A DNA stretch of 64,000 nt from an uncultured Chloroflexia bacterium. GTDB taxonomy: Bacteria > Chloroflexota > Limnocylindria > Limnocylindrales > CSP1-4. Location: contig CAVYIM010000004.1 of NCBI GenBank assembly GCA_963768655.1, positions 767,784-831,783 of the forward strand. The letters are read 5' to 3'. Of this stretch, positions 49,111 to 58,172 are shown piece after piece (the first letter of the stretch is position 1; every line of letters starts with the position of its first letter). The position numbers and the translations under genes were made by a program. The notes beneath the pieces were generated by a model that was not told where the DNA came from, did not search any database, and saw nothing but the letters and a program-made list of their open reading frames with translations.

Positions 49111-49878
49111 ATCGACGCCTCGCCCCGATCCGCGGATCCGGCGACCTGCGCGGGTTCGTCCGATGAGGCCTGCTCCGAGTACCGCATCCCGATCGCCGGT
49201 CTTCGTCCCTGGGCCGCGGCCCGCATCTCCTGGGCCTCGCCCATCAGCTCAAGCAGGTGCGCTGGCCGCTCGCTCGCCTGGCCGTCGAGTGGCACCAGCT
49301 CCGTGACCATCGCGTCCACGCCCGCGCCATTGTCCTGGCGCACGGCTCCGACGCGGTTGTGTCCGTCGACGACCCAGTAGCCGTCCGCGAACTTCACGAG
49401 GTCGACTGGCGGCAGCGGCGCCAGGCGCTCGTTGGCCTCGAGAATCCGCCGCCAGCGAGCCTGCCAGTTCTCGCCGCGGAACTGACGCAGCGGCAGGAAG
49501 TCGCTGCCTCGTTGGGCGGCGCCGGCGACGGCCGTACCGAGGATCTCCTCGATGGGGACGAAGCGCATGCCGAGCTCCCGGGGCGACGCCTGGCGAGCCT
49601 CCGGGTGTAACTCGTACAGGTTCGCCAGCGGTTCCGGCGAGACGGCTCGGTGGATCCGGCCCGCCATCTCGGCGGGGCCCGACATGGCCTGGCCGGCCGC
49701 TTCGATGACCGTGCCGAGGGCGCTCGCGACCGGATCGGCGGCGGCCTGCAGGTGGCTGACGATGGAGCTGGCGAAGCTCTCCGATTCGGGCTGCGGCGGC
49801 TCTTCGGGGTCCTGTGCGCCCGGCTTGTCGGGCTCGATGGCGGCGTCCCCTCGGGGCGCCCCGTGCGTGTTCTTCCAT
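49107..49878 (-). CDS. ParB/Sulfiredoxin-like domain protein (probable frameshift near 49860)
   Basis: VPIEEILGTA...DFLP...RW..I......LPPVDLVK..DGYWVVDGHNRV; coding-like frame extends upstream of 49685 to about 49855; TAACCT-6 nt-ATG at 49878. Confidence 0.75.
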
Positions 49879-50250
49879 GACTTGAGGTTAGCATCGAACC
49901 GGCAGAAGTCGGGCCGGCTGGCCGTGAGGGGTTGCTCCGCGGGCTCATGATCGTCCTCACGAGGGCGAGGCGGCCAGGATCGCGTGAACGAAACACCCTT
50001 GCCGGCCCATCGTTTCGATCAGGATGGAGGATCTGGCCGGCGCCGCAGGGAGGATCGAGCTGGTCCGCCACGTGCTTTCGTCGGGGGCGTGTTCCTGACC
50101 GACGACGGCGGCCGCACCTGGCATCAGCTCGCTTTCTCGTAGACCGTCTCGGCCGCCCGCATCACGCCGTCCGCGACGTGGCCGGCGCTGGCGCGCTGTA
50201 GGCTACGGGGGTCGGCCTGCGCCGACCACACGACCACAGGTGATGCGCGC

Positions 50251-51513
50251 ATGACTTCTCCGGCCGGCCCCGAAGGCGAGTCCGTAGCCGCCCCGTCCGG
50301 GCCCACGATCAGCTGGTTCGGCGGGCGAGGGCGGCTGCTGGCGCTCGGCATCGCCGTCCTCGTCGTCTTGTGGCTGGCGCGCGGGATCATCGGGCCGTTC
50401 GTGGTCGCCGCCGTGCTGGCCTATGCGTTCTCGCCGGTCGTCTCCGCCATAGAGGACCGGACGCACGCGCCCCGGGCCTTGATCATCGGCGTCGGCTATG
50501 TGCTCGTGCTGGGTGCGATCGCTCTGGTGGCGGTGGTTGCCGCCGCGCGGGCCGGCGACGAGATCAGGTACCTGTCGTCGGGTGGGCGCGACGTGATCGC
50601 CACCGCGCTGCGCAAGATCTTCGGCGACTCCATCGTCGTTGCCGGCACCACGTACAACGTGACCGACATCGCGGCGCAGATCAGGGCCTCCCTGTTCGGC
50701 ATGATCCAGACACCGTCCAGCGCCATCCAGCTGGCTGAGCAGGCCGTCGACATCGCCCTCCAGGCGATCCTCGCGCTGATCGTGACCTTCTACTTCCTGC
50801 TCGACGGCCGGCGTTTCGGGCTGTTCGCTCTGCGCTTCCTGGACCGGTCGCAGCGGGCCGAGGCGCTGCGGATCGGCCAGCGCATCCACGTCGTTTTGGG
50901 CCGCTGGCTACGAGGCCAGCTGCTGCTGATCGCGCTCGTGGCGATAGTCCTCTACGTCCTCCTGGGGCCGATCCTCCACATGCCCTACGCCCTGGCGCTG
51001 GCCATCGTCAGCGGCGTGCTGGAGATCATTCCGCTGGTCGGGCCGATCATCGCCGCCGCCCTGGCAGGAACCGTTGCTTTCGCCACGCGTGGCACCGACA
51101 CGACCATCGTGGTGCTCGTCATCTACCTGGTTCTGCGCCAGGTCGAGGATCAGATCGTGATGCCGCTGGTCATCGGTAGGGCCGTGCACTTGCACCCGGT
51201 CGTCACGATCTTCGCCGTCCTGGTCGGCCTGAGCGCCTGGGGCATTCTGGGCGGCCTGCTGGGAGTCCCGGTGGCGGCGGCGCTCAACGTGACGCTGCAC
51301 GAGCTCTACCCCGAACAGGCCGGACCTGACACGGACGCGCCCGAAGGCCGGAGTCGAATCCCGGGTCTGATAGGCGGTCGTTTGCGTCGCGGCAGCCATC
51401 CGGCCGGGATCGGGACTGCGACCGGTCTGCCTGAGCCGGCCTCGGCGGAGCCGTTCGCCGTCGAGCCGCTCGCCGCCGAGCCCCTCGCTGCCGAGCCGGA
51501 AGGCCAGGCCTGA
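50251..51513 (+). CDS. AI-2E family transporter
   Basis: LAYAFSP, FYFLLDG, WLRGQLL, IPLVGP, QVEDQIVMPLVIG..V.LHPV, GLLGVPVAA. Confidence 0.93.
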   Translation: MTSPAGPEGESVAAPSGPTISWFGGRGRLLALGIAVLVVLWLARGIIGPFVVAAVLAYAFSPVVSAIEDRTHAPRALIIGVGYVLVLGAIALVAVVAAARAGDEIRYLSSGGRDVIATALRKIFGDSIVVAGTTYNVTDIAAQIRASLFGMIQTPSSAIQLAEQAVDIALQAILALIVTFYFLLDGRRFGLFALRFLDRSQRAEALRIGQRIHVVLGRWLRGQLLLIALVAIVLYVLLGPILHMPYALALAIVSGVLEIIPLVGPIIAAALAGTVAFATRGTDTTIVVLVIYLVLRQVEDQIVMPLVIGRAVHLHPVVTIFAVLVGLSAWGILGGLLGVPVAAALNVTLHELYPEQAGPDTDAPEGRSRIPGLIGGRLRRGSHPAGIGTATGLPEPASAEPFAVEPLAAEPLAAEPEGQA

Positions 51514-51516
51514 TAC

Positions 51517-52686
51517 GTGGACGAACGACGTACACCCGATTCGACCGGTATGGCGGTGCTGGCTCTCGACATCGGCGGCACCCAGATTCGTGCAGCGGCG
51601 ATCCTTCCCGATGGAGCCCGACTTGGCCGGCGCGCGGCCCCCACGCCCGTGGCCGCAGGCGCCGAGGCGATCTATCTCGCCTGTGCCGGGCTGCTCCGCA
51701 GCGTGGCCGATGGCCTGCCGGCCGAAGTCCGCGGGCGCGTGGCGGCGATCGGCATCTCCTCGATGGGGCCCGTCGATCCCTGGCGCGGCCTGGTCGTAGA
51801 CCCGCCCAACGTGCCGGCCCTGCGCGATGCGCCGCTCGCCGACGAGATGGAGGCGCGCCTGGGCCTGCCCGCCTTCCTGGACCGCGACACCAACGTCGCC
51901 GCTCTTGCTGAGAGCTGGCTCGGCGCCGCCCGCGACTGCCATGATTTCCTGTACGTGACCGTGTCGACGGGACTCGGCGGGGCCGTGATCCACCACGGCC
52001 GTCTGATGCTGGGACCCGACGGCACGGCTGGCGAGCTGGGCCACGTGACCCTGATGATGGACGGTGGGCCACGCTGCGGCTGCGGCGGGACCGGTCACCT
52101 GGAGGGCATCGCCGCCGGAGCGGGGCTGGCCTCGCAGGCCCAGGATGAGGTGGCCGGCGGCGGCTCGGCCTTCCTGCGAGACCGCGCCGATCGGGCGCCG
52201 CTGACCGCCAGAGACGTGGCCGAGGGTGAGCTGGCCGGAGATCGCGTCTGTCGGCGGCTCATGGAGCGTGCCCGGCGGGCCTTCGGCGTGGCCTGCGTCG
52301 GCTGGGTCAACGCCTTCAATCCCGAGCTCATCGTGGTCGGCGGCACGCTGGCCGAACGCCAGGGCGAGCGCTGGCTGGGGGCCGCGCGGGAGGCCGTCGA
52401 AAGCTCCGCATTTCGAGCGCCCGCTGCCCGGGTGAAGATCGTGCCCGCGCAGCTTGGCGATGACGTGGGTCTGGTCGGCGCGTGGCCACTGGTCGCGCAG
52501 CGCAGCGGCGACCCGACCTGGCGCGAGAGGCGGCCCGGGGGCCTCTCACGCGGAGATGGCTCCGGCAGCCACGTCGCCAGCGAGGTCCAGGGCGGGCCGG
52601 TCGCCGCCGAGGACCGGGCCGCCCAGATTGCCCCCGCCTCTACCGCTCCTGAAGCTCCGACTCCCGCCGAGGCTCGCGCCGGCTGA
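51517..52686 (+). CDS. ROK family sugar kinase
   Basis: LDIGGT, DTNVAALAE, TVSTGLGG, AGELGH, CGCG..GHLE. Confidence 0.92.
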   Translation: MDERRTPDSTGMAVLALDIGGTQIRAAAILPDGARLGRRAAPTPVAAGAEAIYLACAGLLRSVADGLPAEVRGRVAAIGISSMGPVDPWRGLVVDPPNVPALRDAPLADEMEARLGLPAFLDRDTNVAALAESWLGAARDCHDFLYVTVSTGLGGAVIHHGRLMLGPDGTAGELGHVTLMMDGGPRCGCGGTGHLEGIAAGAGLASQAQDEVAGGGSAFLRDRADRAPLTARDVAEGELAGDRVCRRLMERARRAFGVACVGWVNAFNPELIVVGGTLAERQGERWLGAAREAVESSAFRAPAARVKIVPAQLGDDVGLVGAWPLVAQRSGDPTWRERRPGGLSRGDGSGSHVASEVQGGPVAAEDRAAQIAPASTAPEAPTPAEARAG

Positions 52687-52689
52687 CCC

Positions 52690-53790
52690 TCAGCTCGGTC
52701 CCGCGGGGGCATCTGCGGCCGACAGCATCCCGAGATGCACGAACGTCTCGGTTGCCGCCTCGCCGACTCGACCACCGTTCCTGCGCCAGGCTGCCGCCTT
52801 GCCCCGCAGCCAGAGCGGCCACAGGCCGACGAGCACCGCCAGGCGAGTGATCGACAGGATCGGCATCGTCCCTACCGCGGCGATGAAGGCCAGCCAGTCG
52901 GCCCGCCATCGGATCGCCGCCAGCACGGCTACGATGGCGATTGCCAGCCGGATCGCGAAGTCCAGGCCGCCGTGGTCGGGGACGATGGCTACGACGTTCA
53001 TGGCCTGCAGCTCCGACGCGGCCTCCCAGCCGAACGTGCCCACGAAGTCGACCCACAGCCCCGGCGCCACGACAAACGAGACGGCGCATGCGGCGGCGAA
53101 GACCGCGCAGCCGATCGCGAGGGGGCGGCGGTAGTCCGGCCGCGTGAGCCACAGGTACGGGATCAGCAGCCCCGGCCCAACCTTGAGCGCCGCGAACCAC
53201 GGCAGCAGGTACGCGCCTCGCCGGTCGCGCAGGGCGAACAGGCACGCGGCTCCGAGCGCGAGAGTGACGTTGCCGAAGCTGAGCTCGGCCCAGACAGGCC
53301 ACTGGAGAGCCGCAATGAGGGTCAGCCGCCACGAACCGCACAGGTAGCGCAGGCACATCGTGCCGGCGATCCGCCAGGCCCAGTCGACGTACGTCTCGGG
53401 GATCAGCCCGATGGGCAGAGTGATCTGGGCGAAGATCGGAGGGTATTTATAGATGCCGCTCCCCCAGATCGTGGACTGCTGGTAGAGCGGCTGCCCGTTC
53501 AGGATGTGTTCGGCCGCGAGCCAGTAGGCGTTGGTGTCGTAGGCCGGCCACCAGCCGTCCAGGACTGCCGATGCCAGGTAGGCGGCCACCTGAACCCCGA
53601 CGACAAGCAGGAGGCTGACGGCGAAGAGCCGCCACAGCGCCTCATAGGTGGCTCGGCCCGGCAGAATCTGAAACGGGCCGCGCCAGGACCCGAAGGCGCG
53701 CGGAGCGTCTCGATCGGACGATTGGCCGGTGGAGTTCACGGCGAAAGAGTCTACCCGAGCGATCTGCCGCACAACCCGACGGCCGGGCAT
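52690..53790 (-). CDS. GT87/DUF2029-like membrane glycosyltransferase (start may be near 53739)
   Basis: YDTNAYW.AA...GQPLY, YKYPP, GNV, LKVGP in a multi-TM protein. Confidence 0.75.
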   Translation of the reverse strand: MPGRRVVRQIARVDSFAVNSTGQSSDRDAPRAFGSWRGPFQILPGRATYEALWRLFAVSLLLVVGVQVAAYLASAVLDGWWPAYDTNAYWLAAEHILNGQPLYQQSTIWGSGIYKYPPIFAQITLPIGLIPETYVDWAWRIAGTMCLRYLCGSWRLTLIAALQWPVWAELSFGNVTLALGAACLFALRDRRGAYLLPWFAALKVGPGLLIPYLWLTRPDYRRPLAIGCAVFAAACAVSFVVAPGLWVDFVGTFGWEAASELQAMNVVAIVPDHGGLDFAIRLAIAIVAVLAAIRWRADWLAFIAAVGTMPILSITRLAVLVGLWPLWLRGKAAAWRRNGGRVGEAATETFVHLGMLSAADAPAGPS

Positions 53791-53816
53791 GCCGGCTCAG
53801 GCGGCAGAGACTCCGA

Positions 53817-54905
53817 TCAGCCGGCGATCGGCGCACCCCACCAGACGCTCGCCGCGATGATGACGTAGAGGCCGACGAGGGCCAGACCCTCGAGCCAGGT
53901 CGACTCGCCGTCGATCACGACGAACGCGGCCAGCAACGTGGCCAGGGCGAGCGCGGCGATGAGCAGCGGCGAGACGACGAGCGTCAGCGTCGCGCCGCCT
54001 AGGAGGAGGCTGCCGAGCACGAGGATCGGGACGAGCGCCAGCGCCACCTGCAGGCTCGAGTTGAGGATGATGCTTACCGCCAGGTCGCCCTTGTTGGCGA
54101 GCATGGCCTGGACCCCGACCACGTTCTCGACGGCATTGCCCGCGATCGCTACGACCACCAGGCCCGCGAACGATTGGGACATCCCGAGGGTGTCCATGGC
54201 CGGCTGGAGGGCATCGACGAACCAGTCCGAGACGAAGGCGGCACCGACTCCGGCCGCCGCTAGAACCACCAGCGCCAGGCCGAGGGGCCACAGGCCGTCC
54301 AAAGGGACGGCGTCAGTCTCGGCCCCGACGTCCGGGCCTCCCTTACCGATCGAGAACGGGATGCTGGCCGCGAAGACGACCAGCAGGACGATCGAGACGA
54401 CCACCGAGATCTCCGTCTCGTGGCCGCGGTCCGGCCCGCCCGGGGCGGATGCGATCGTCGGGATCGCCATCGCCGCCACCGCCAGCAGCAGCAACGTCGA
54501 CATGGTCCGAGTCTGGTCGCCCCCGAACTTCTGGGCCCCATGGCGCAGGCCGCCGGCGATGAAGGCGAGGCCCAGCACCAGGAGCGTGTTGGCCAGGATC
54601 GACCCGATCAGCGCCGCTCGGACGACGTCCACCAGACCCGCCCGAAGAGCGAAGACGCCGATGAAGAACTCCGGCAGGTTGCCGAGCGCCGACTGGAGCA
54701 CGCCGGTCGCCCCTGGCCCGAACCGCCGGCTGAGCTGGTCGGTGCCCTCGCCGACCATCGCCGCGAGGCCGGCCAGCGCCACGCCCGAGAGGGCGAAGAC
54801 CGCAACCGGCGACACGGCCAGGGAGCGCCCCGCCAGTGCCGCCAGGGTCGCCGATATGGCGACGATGGTGATGATGCGCGTTCGGGTTTCGAGGTTGCTC
54901 AGCAA
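53817..54905 (-). CDS. Ca2+/H+ antiporter (CAX family)
   Basis: ALGNLPE, GSILAN, IAGNAVE, SSLQVAL, DGESTWLEG; TTG start after GGAGG. Confidence 0.92.
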   Translation of the reverse strand: MLSNLETRTRIITIVAISATLAALAGRSLAVSPVAVFALSGVALAGLAAMVGEGTDQLSRRFGPGATGVLQSALGNLPEFFIGVFALRAGLVDVVRAALIGSILANTLLVLGLAFIAGGLRHGAQKFGGDQTRTMSTLLLLAVAAMAIPTIASAPGGPDRGHETEISVVVSIVLLVVFAASIPFSIGKGGPDVGAETDAVPLDGLWPLGLALVVLAAAGVGAAFVSDWFVDALQPAMDTLGMSQSFAGLVVVAIAGNAVENVVGVQAMLANKGDLAVSIILNSSLQVALALVPILVLGSLLLGGATLTLVVSPLLIAALALATLLAAFVVIDGESTWLEGLALVGLYVIIAASVWWGAPIAG

Positions 54906-55098
54906 GGCATTGCCCTCCTGGCGCGATTGTGCCGAACGCCAGCGCACTTTGTGCGGCCGCCGGCGCCGCAGGCGCCCCGGCGAGCGCCAATGCACGGCGG
55001 CATGCGCCCGTTGTGCGGGTCCGGCCGCCATGGCGCCCTCGACTCGTGCGATGCTCTGGCACGACAGGTGGCGACCCGCGTGCCCCAGGAGGAATGCC

Positions 55099-55461
55099 GT
55101 GAGCGTGATCGTCGGGATCTCGGCCGACTGCGATTTCATGCTCGAGAACGCTGGCTATCGAGTCCTGATGGAGATCGCGTTTGCGCGGACCGATCGGCAG
55201 GAGGACAAGCGTGCGCTCGAAGCGGGGGCCTGGGCCCACTTCCTGGACCTGCCACGCCTCGACCCGGCCCAAGCCCAGCGGATCGCCTGGCTGCTCGACG
55301 AGGCCGCTCAAGTCAGGATCGAGGACTGGCGGGAGCAGGGCACGGAGGCGAGTCTGAGCGGCGCCGCCTACTACGAGACGTTCCAGGCTCTGCTGCAGAA
55401 GGTGTACGACCGCCCACCCGCTCCCGATGCGAGGCCTGGCGAGACGCCGCTCGAAGCCTGA
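55099..55461 (+). CDS. Hypothetical 120-aa protein
   Basis: AGGAGG RBS then GTG; high-GC3 coding pattern; C-terminal part of track ORF 53938..55461. Confidence 0.7.
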   Translation: MSVIVGISADCDFMLENAGYRVLMEIAFARTDRQEDKRALEAGAWAHFLDLPRLDPAQAQRIAWLLDEAAQVRIEDWREQGTEASLSGAAYYETFQALLQKVYDRPPAPDARPGETPLEA

Positions 55462-55546
55462 CCTCGACGCCGGCTTGCTCGATCGCGGCGGTCTGCCGGC
55501 GCCGCGCCGAGGGGACGCGAGGGGACGATTCAGCGGGGCGACGGTG

Positions 55547-55950
55547 CTAGAACGGGGGCCATGGGATGACTGGCCGGTCGCGGTCGGGTTGCGGGAAGCG
55601 CCGGCGCGCCAGCAGGGCGTCGAGGCGGCGCGCCGTGGCCCGAACTTCCATCGGTGCCAGCAGCTCGCGCAGCCGTTCTCCAAGGCCGGCCCCAAGGCTC
55701 TCGCGCAGGCGCGAGAGGACCGCCACCTCGTCCTCGTTGAGCGGCTCGCCGCGCCATCGCCACAGGACCGTTCGCAGCTTCGGCTCCACGGCAAAGCACA
55801 GGCCGTTGTCCACGCCCATGATTTGCCCATCCGGGAGCGGCAGCAGGTGCCCGCCCTTGCGATCCGCGTTGTTCAGCACCGCGTCCAGGAGTGCGATCCG
55901 GCGCAGCGCCGGCAGGTCGTCGCCCACGATCTCCGTCACGTCGATCCGAG
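55547..55950 (-). CDS. SCO1664-family (PI3/4-kinase-like) protein, 5'-truncated at the junction
   Basis: LDAVLNNADRKGGH, GVDNGLCF..EPKLRTVLW, IPWPPF; N-terminus missing. Confidence 0.85.
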
Positions 55951-55990
55951 GAGGGTCAGATGCTTCGGGAACGCATGAAGGCCCTTTCTA
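55945..55990. other. Junction between two unrelated sequences (contig concatenation or chimera)
   Basis: Abrupt, lasting drop in GC and change in codon usage; a gene is cut mid-frame; no integrase or att site. Confidence 0.9.
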
Positions 55991-56084
55991 TCGATGAAAT
56001 GAGTCTCCTTCAGGCCTTACTGGCTTTAAAGGAGTTGAAGGATCTCCTTGGAAAAGAATAGAATTCAGAATAACATTAATATAA

Positions 56085-56180
56085 GGATTCAAGGAGTCAA
56101 GGGGCCAAGGACCCAGGGCGGAGTGAAAGGCGTGGAAGTAAAACCATTTGAACCCTGGAATCCTGGAATCCTTGAACCCT
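56085..56180. repeat. Inverted arrays of 8-bp repeats
   Basis: GGATTCAA GGAGTCAA GGGGCCAA GGACCCAG ... TTGAACCC TGGAATCC TGGAATCC TTGAACCC. Confidence 0.7.
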
Positions 56181-56198
56181 ATTTTTAAACTAAAAAGT

Positions 56199-57966
56199 AT
56201 GAATAGTAATTTCGCCCAACGCCGAACGACCAAAGCTGAACGTTATTTTTATATTCATCTGTTCCCATTTAGCTTGATCCTCATACTGATCGTCATGAGT
56301 TGGGTTTTTGAAGGAGCGTTCCACAAGGTCTGTTCCACTTCGGTGGACCAGGAAATAGAGACTAAATACAACCAGACCAGAGAGGCCTTCTTTGCCCTCG
56401 ACAAGTCTCCTCAAAGGAAACAGCGCCAACATTGGCAGCCCATTATCGAGGGATTTAAGGAGATCTACAAACAGCATCCTCAGACCCCCTGGGGAGAAAA
56501 ATCCATGTTCATGGTGGGCCGGGTTGCCTATGTCCTTTTTCAATGGTCAGGGATGGAACCCGATCTGGACCTGGCCCTCGATCATTTTTCACGCTTCGTC
56601 AATCATTATCCACAAAGCCCCCTGGCGGACGACCCCTCTTTTTTGCGCAGAAATTTATTTTCTACACAAGAAAGACCTGGAAAAGGCCCGTCAAACCATT
56701 TTGACTTTGATCAAAGAGTATCCGAAAGGAGATATGAAAAAGCGGGCTGAAGAATTATTAAAGGCCATAGACAAGAGCAACCTTTTATCCGAAGCGGATA
56801 AAACCGATCTGTTCAAAGAAGACTCTATTGAAAACAATAAGGCTTCGGAAGGAACAGAGCGCCTGTGGAAAACTTACCCGCAGGTTACCGGCCTGCGTCA
56901 TTGGTCCACTCCTTTTTATACCCGGGTTGCCGTGGACGTTGAAGGTAAGATTGCCTATCGTCAGAAACTGCTGAAAAAGGATCCGTCAATCGAGAAACCG
57001 GAAAGGCTGTATCTGGATCTATATCCGGCCCGCTTGGCCTTAGGCACTTCCCCTTTAACCATTCAGGATGGACTGCTCAGGGGGGCCAGAATAGGTCAGT
57101 TCAACGGATCAACCGTTCGACTGGTCCTGGATATCGAGAGCATCAAAGGATATAAAATATTTTTCCTGGAAAATCCCTTCCGGTTGATCGTCGATGTTTC
57201 CGGCAAAGAAAAAATCGTTGCCCAACCTGTCGAACCTCCCAGCCGGGAAAAGAAACTTTCTTTGGCCCAGCAGTTGGGATTGGGGGTTAAACGCATTATC
57301 ATCGATCCCGGGCATGGAGGTAAGGACAAAGGGGCCATCGGCAAGAACGGCCTGTACGAAAAAGACCTGACCTTGAAAATAGCCCAAAAATTATCTCAAC
57401 GGATTAAACAGGACCTGAATATTGAGGCCTTGCTGACCCGGGATTCGGATCGCTTTATCCCCCTGGAAGAGAGAACAGCTATTGCCAATACCCGGCATGC
57501 CGACCTGTTTGTCTCCATTCATGTCAATGCCAGCCCCAATTCTCAGGCCGGAGGGATCGAGACCTACTTCTTAAACCTGGCCACCGACGAAGAATCCATC
57601 CGGGTGGCGGCCTTTGAAAATGCCACCTCGACCAAGCGAATCAGCGACATGCAAAAGATACTCAAGGATCTGATGCTGAATACCAAGATCGATGAATCTT
57701 CCCGTTTGGCCGGTCACCTTCAACAAAACGTTATTCAATCCTTGAATGAAAAATATTCCCCGATCAAAAATCTCGGGGTCAAGCAGGCCCCGTTCTATGT
57801 CCTTATCGGGGCCCAGATGCCCGCTATTTTGGTGGAAACCTCTTTTATCTCCAATGACCGGGAAAGAGAACTCTTAGGTCAGGAGGATTATCTGGATCAT
57901 ATCGTCACTGGTCTTTTGAAAGGGATCGAGGGCTATATCAAAGAAATGAAATTGGCTGGGTTATAA
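56199..57966 (+). CDS. N-acetylmuramoyl-L-alanine amidase (TPR-like + AMIN + Amidase_3), frameshift near 56640
   Basis: IIIDPGHGGKD.GA, EKDLTL, LEERTAIAN, FVSIHVNA, APFYVLIGAQMPAILVE; N-terminal YPQSPLADD in the preceding frame. Confidence 0.92.
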
Positions 57967-58001
57967 GGAAAGGAAATTGAATTTCCTGGATTCCGGCTGG
58001 A

Positions 58002-58142
58002 GAGACTGTGTCGTAATAGCGGACAGCGCCATCAAAGCCGTCATGCCGGCGAAAGCCGGCATCCAGAACTTAATGAAAATACTGGATTCCGTGTCGCCTT
58101 CGCTTGCACGGAATGACAAAAATATAATTGCGACACAGTCTC
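58002..58142. mobile_element. 141-bp MITE with 16-bp TIRs and a 3-bp target duplication, carrying a REP pair
   Basis: GAGACTGTGTCGTAAT ... ATTGCGACACAGTCTC flanked by GGA on both sides; internal GTCATGCCGGCGAAAGCCGGCATCCAG and CTGGATTCCGTG...CACGGAATGAC. Confidence 0.8.
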
Positions 58143-58172
58143 GGAGCCAGAATGACCAAAAAGGAATGGGGA

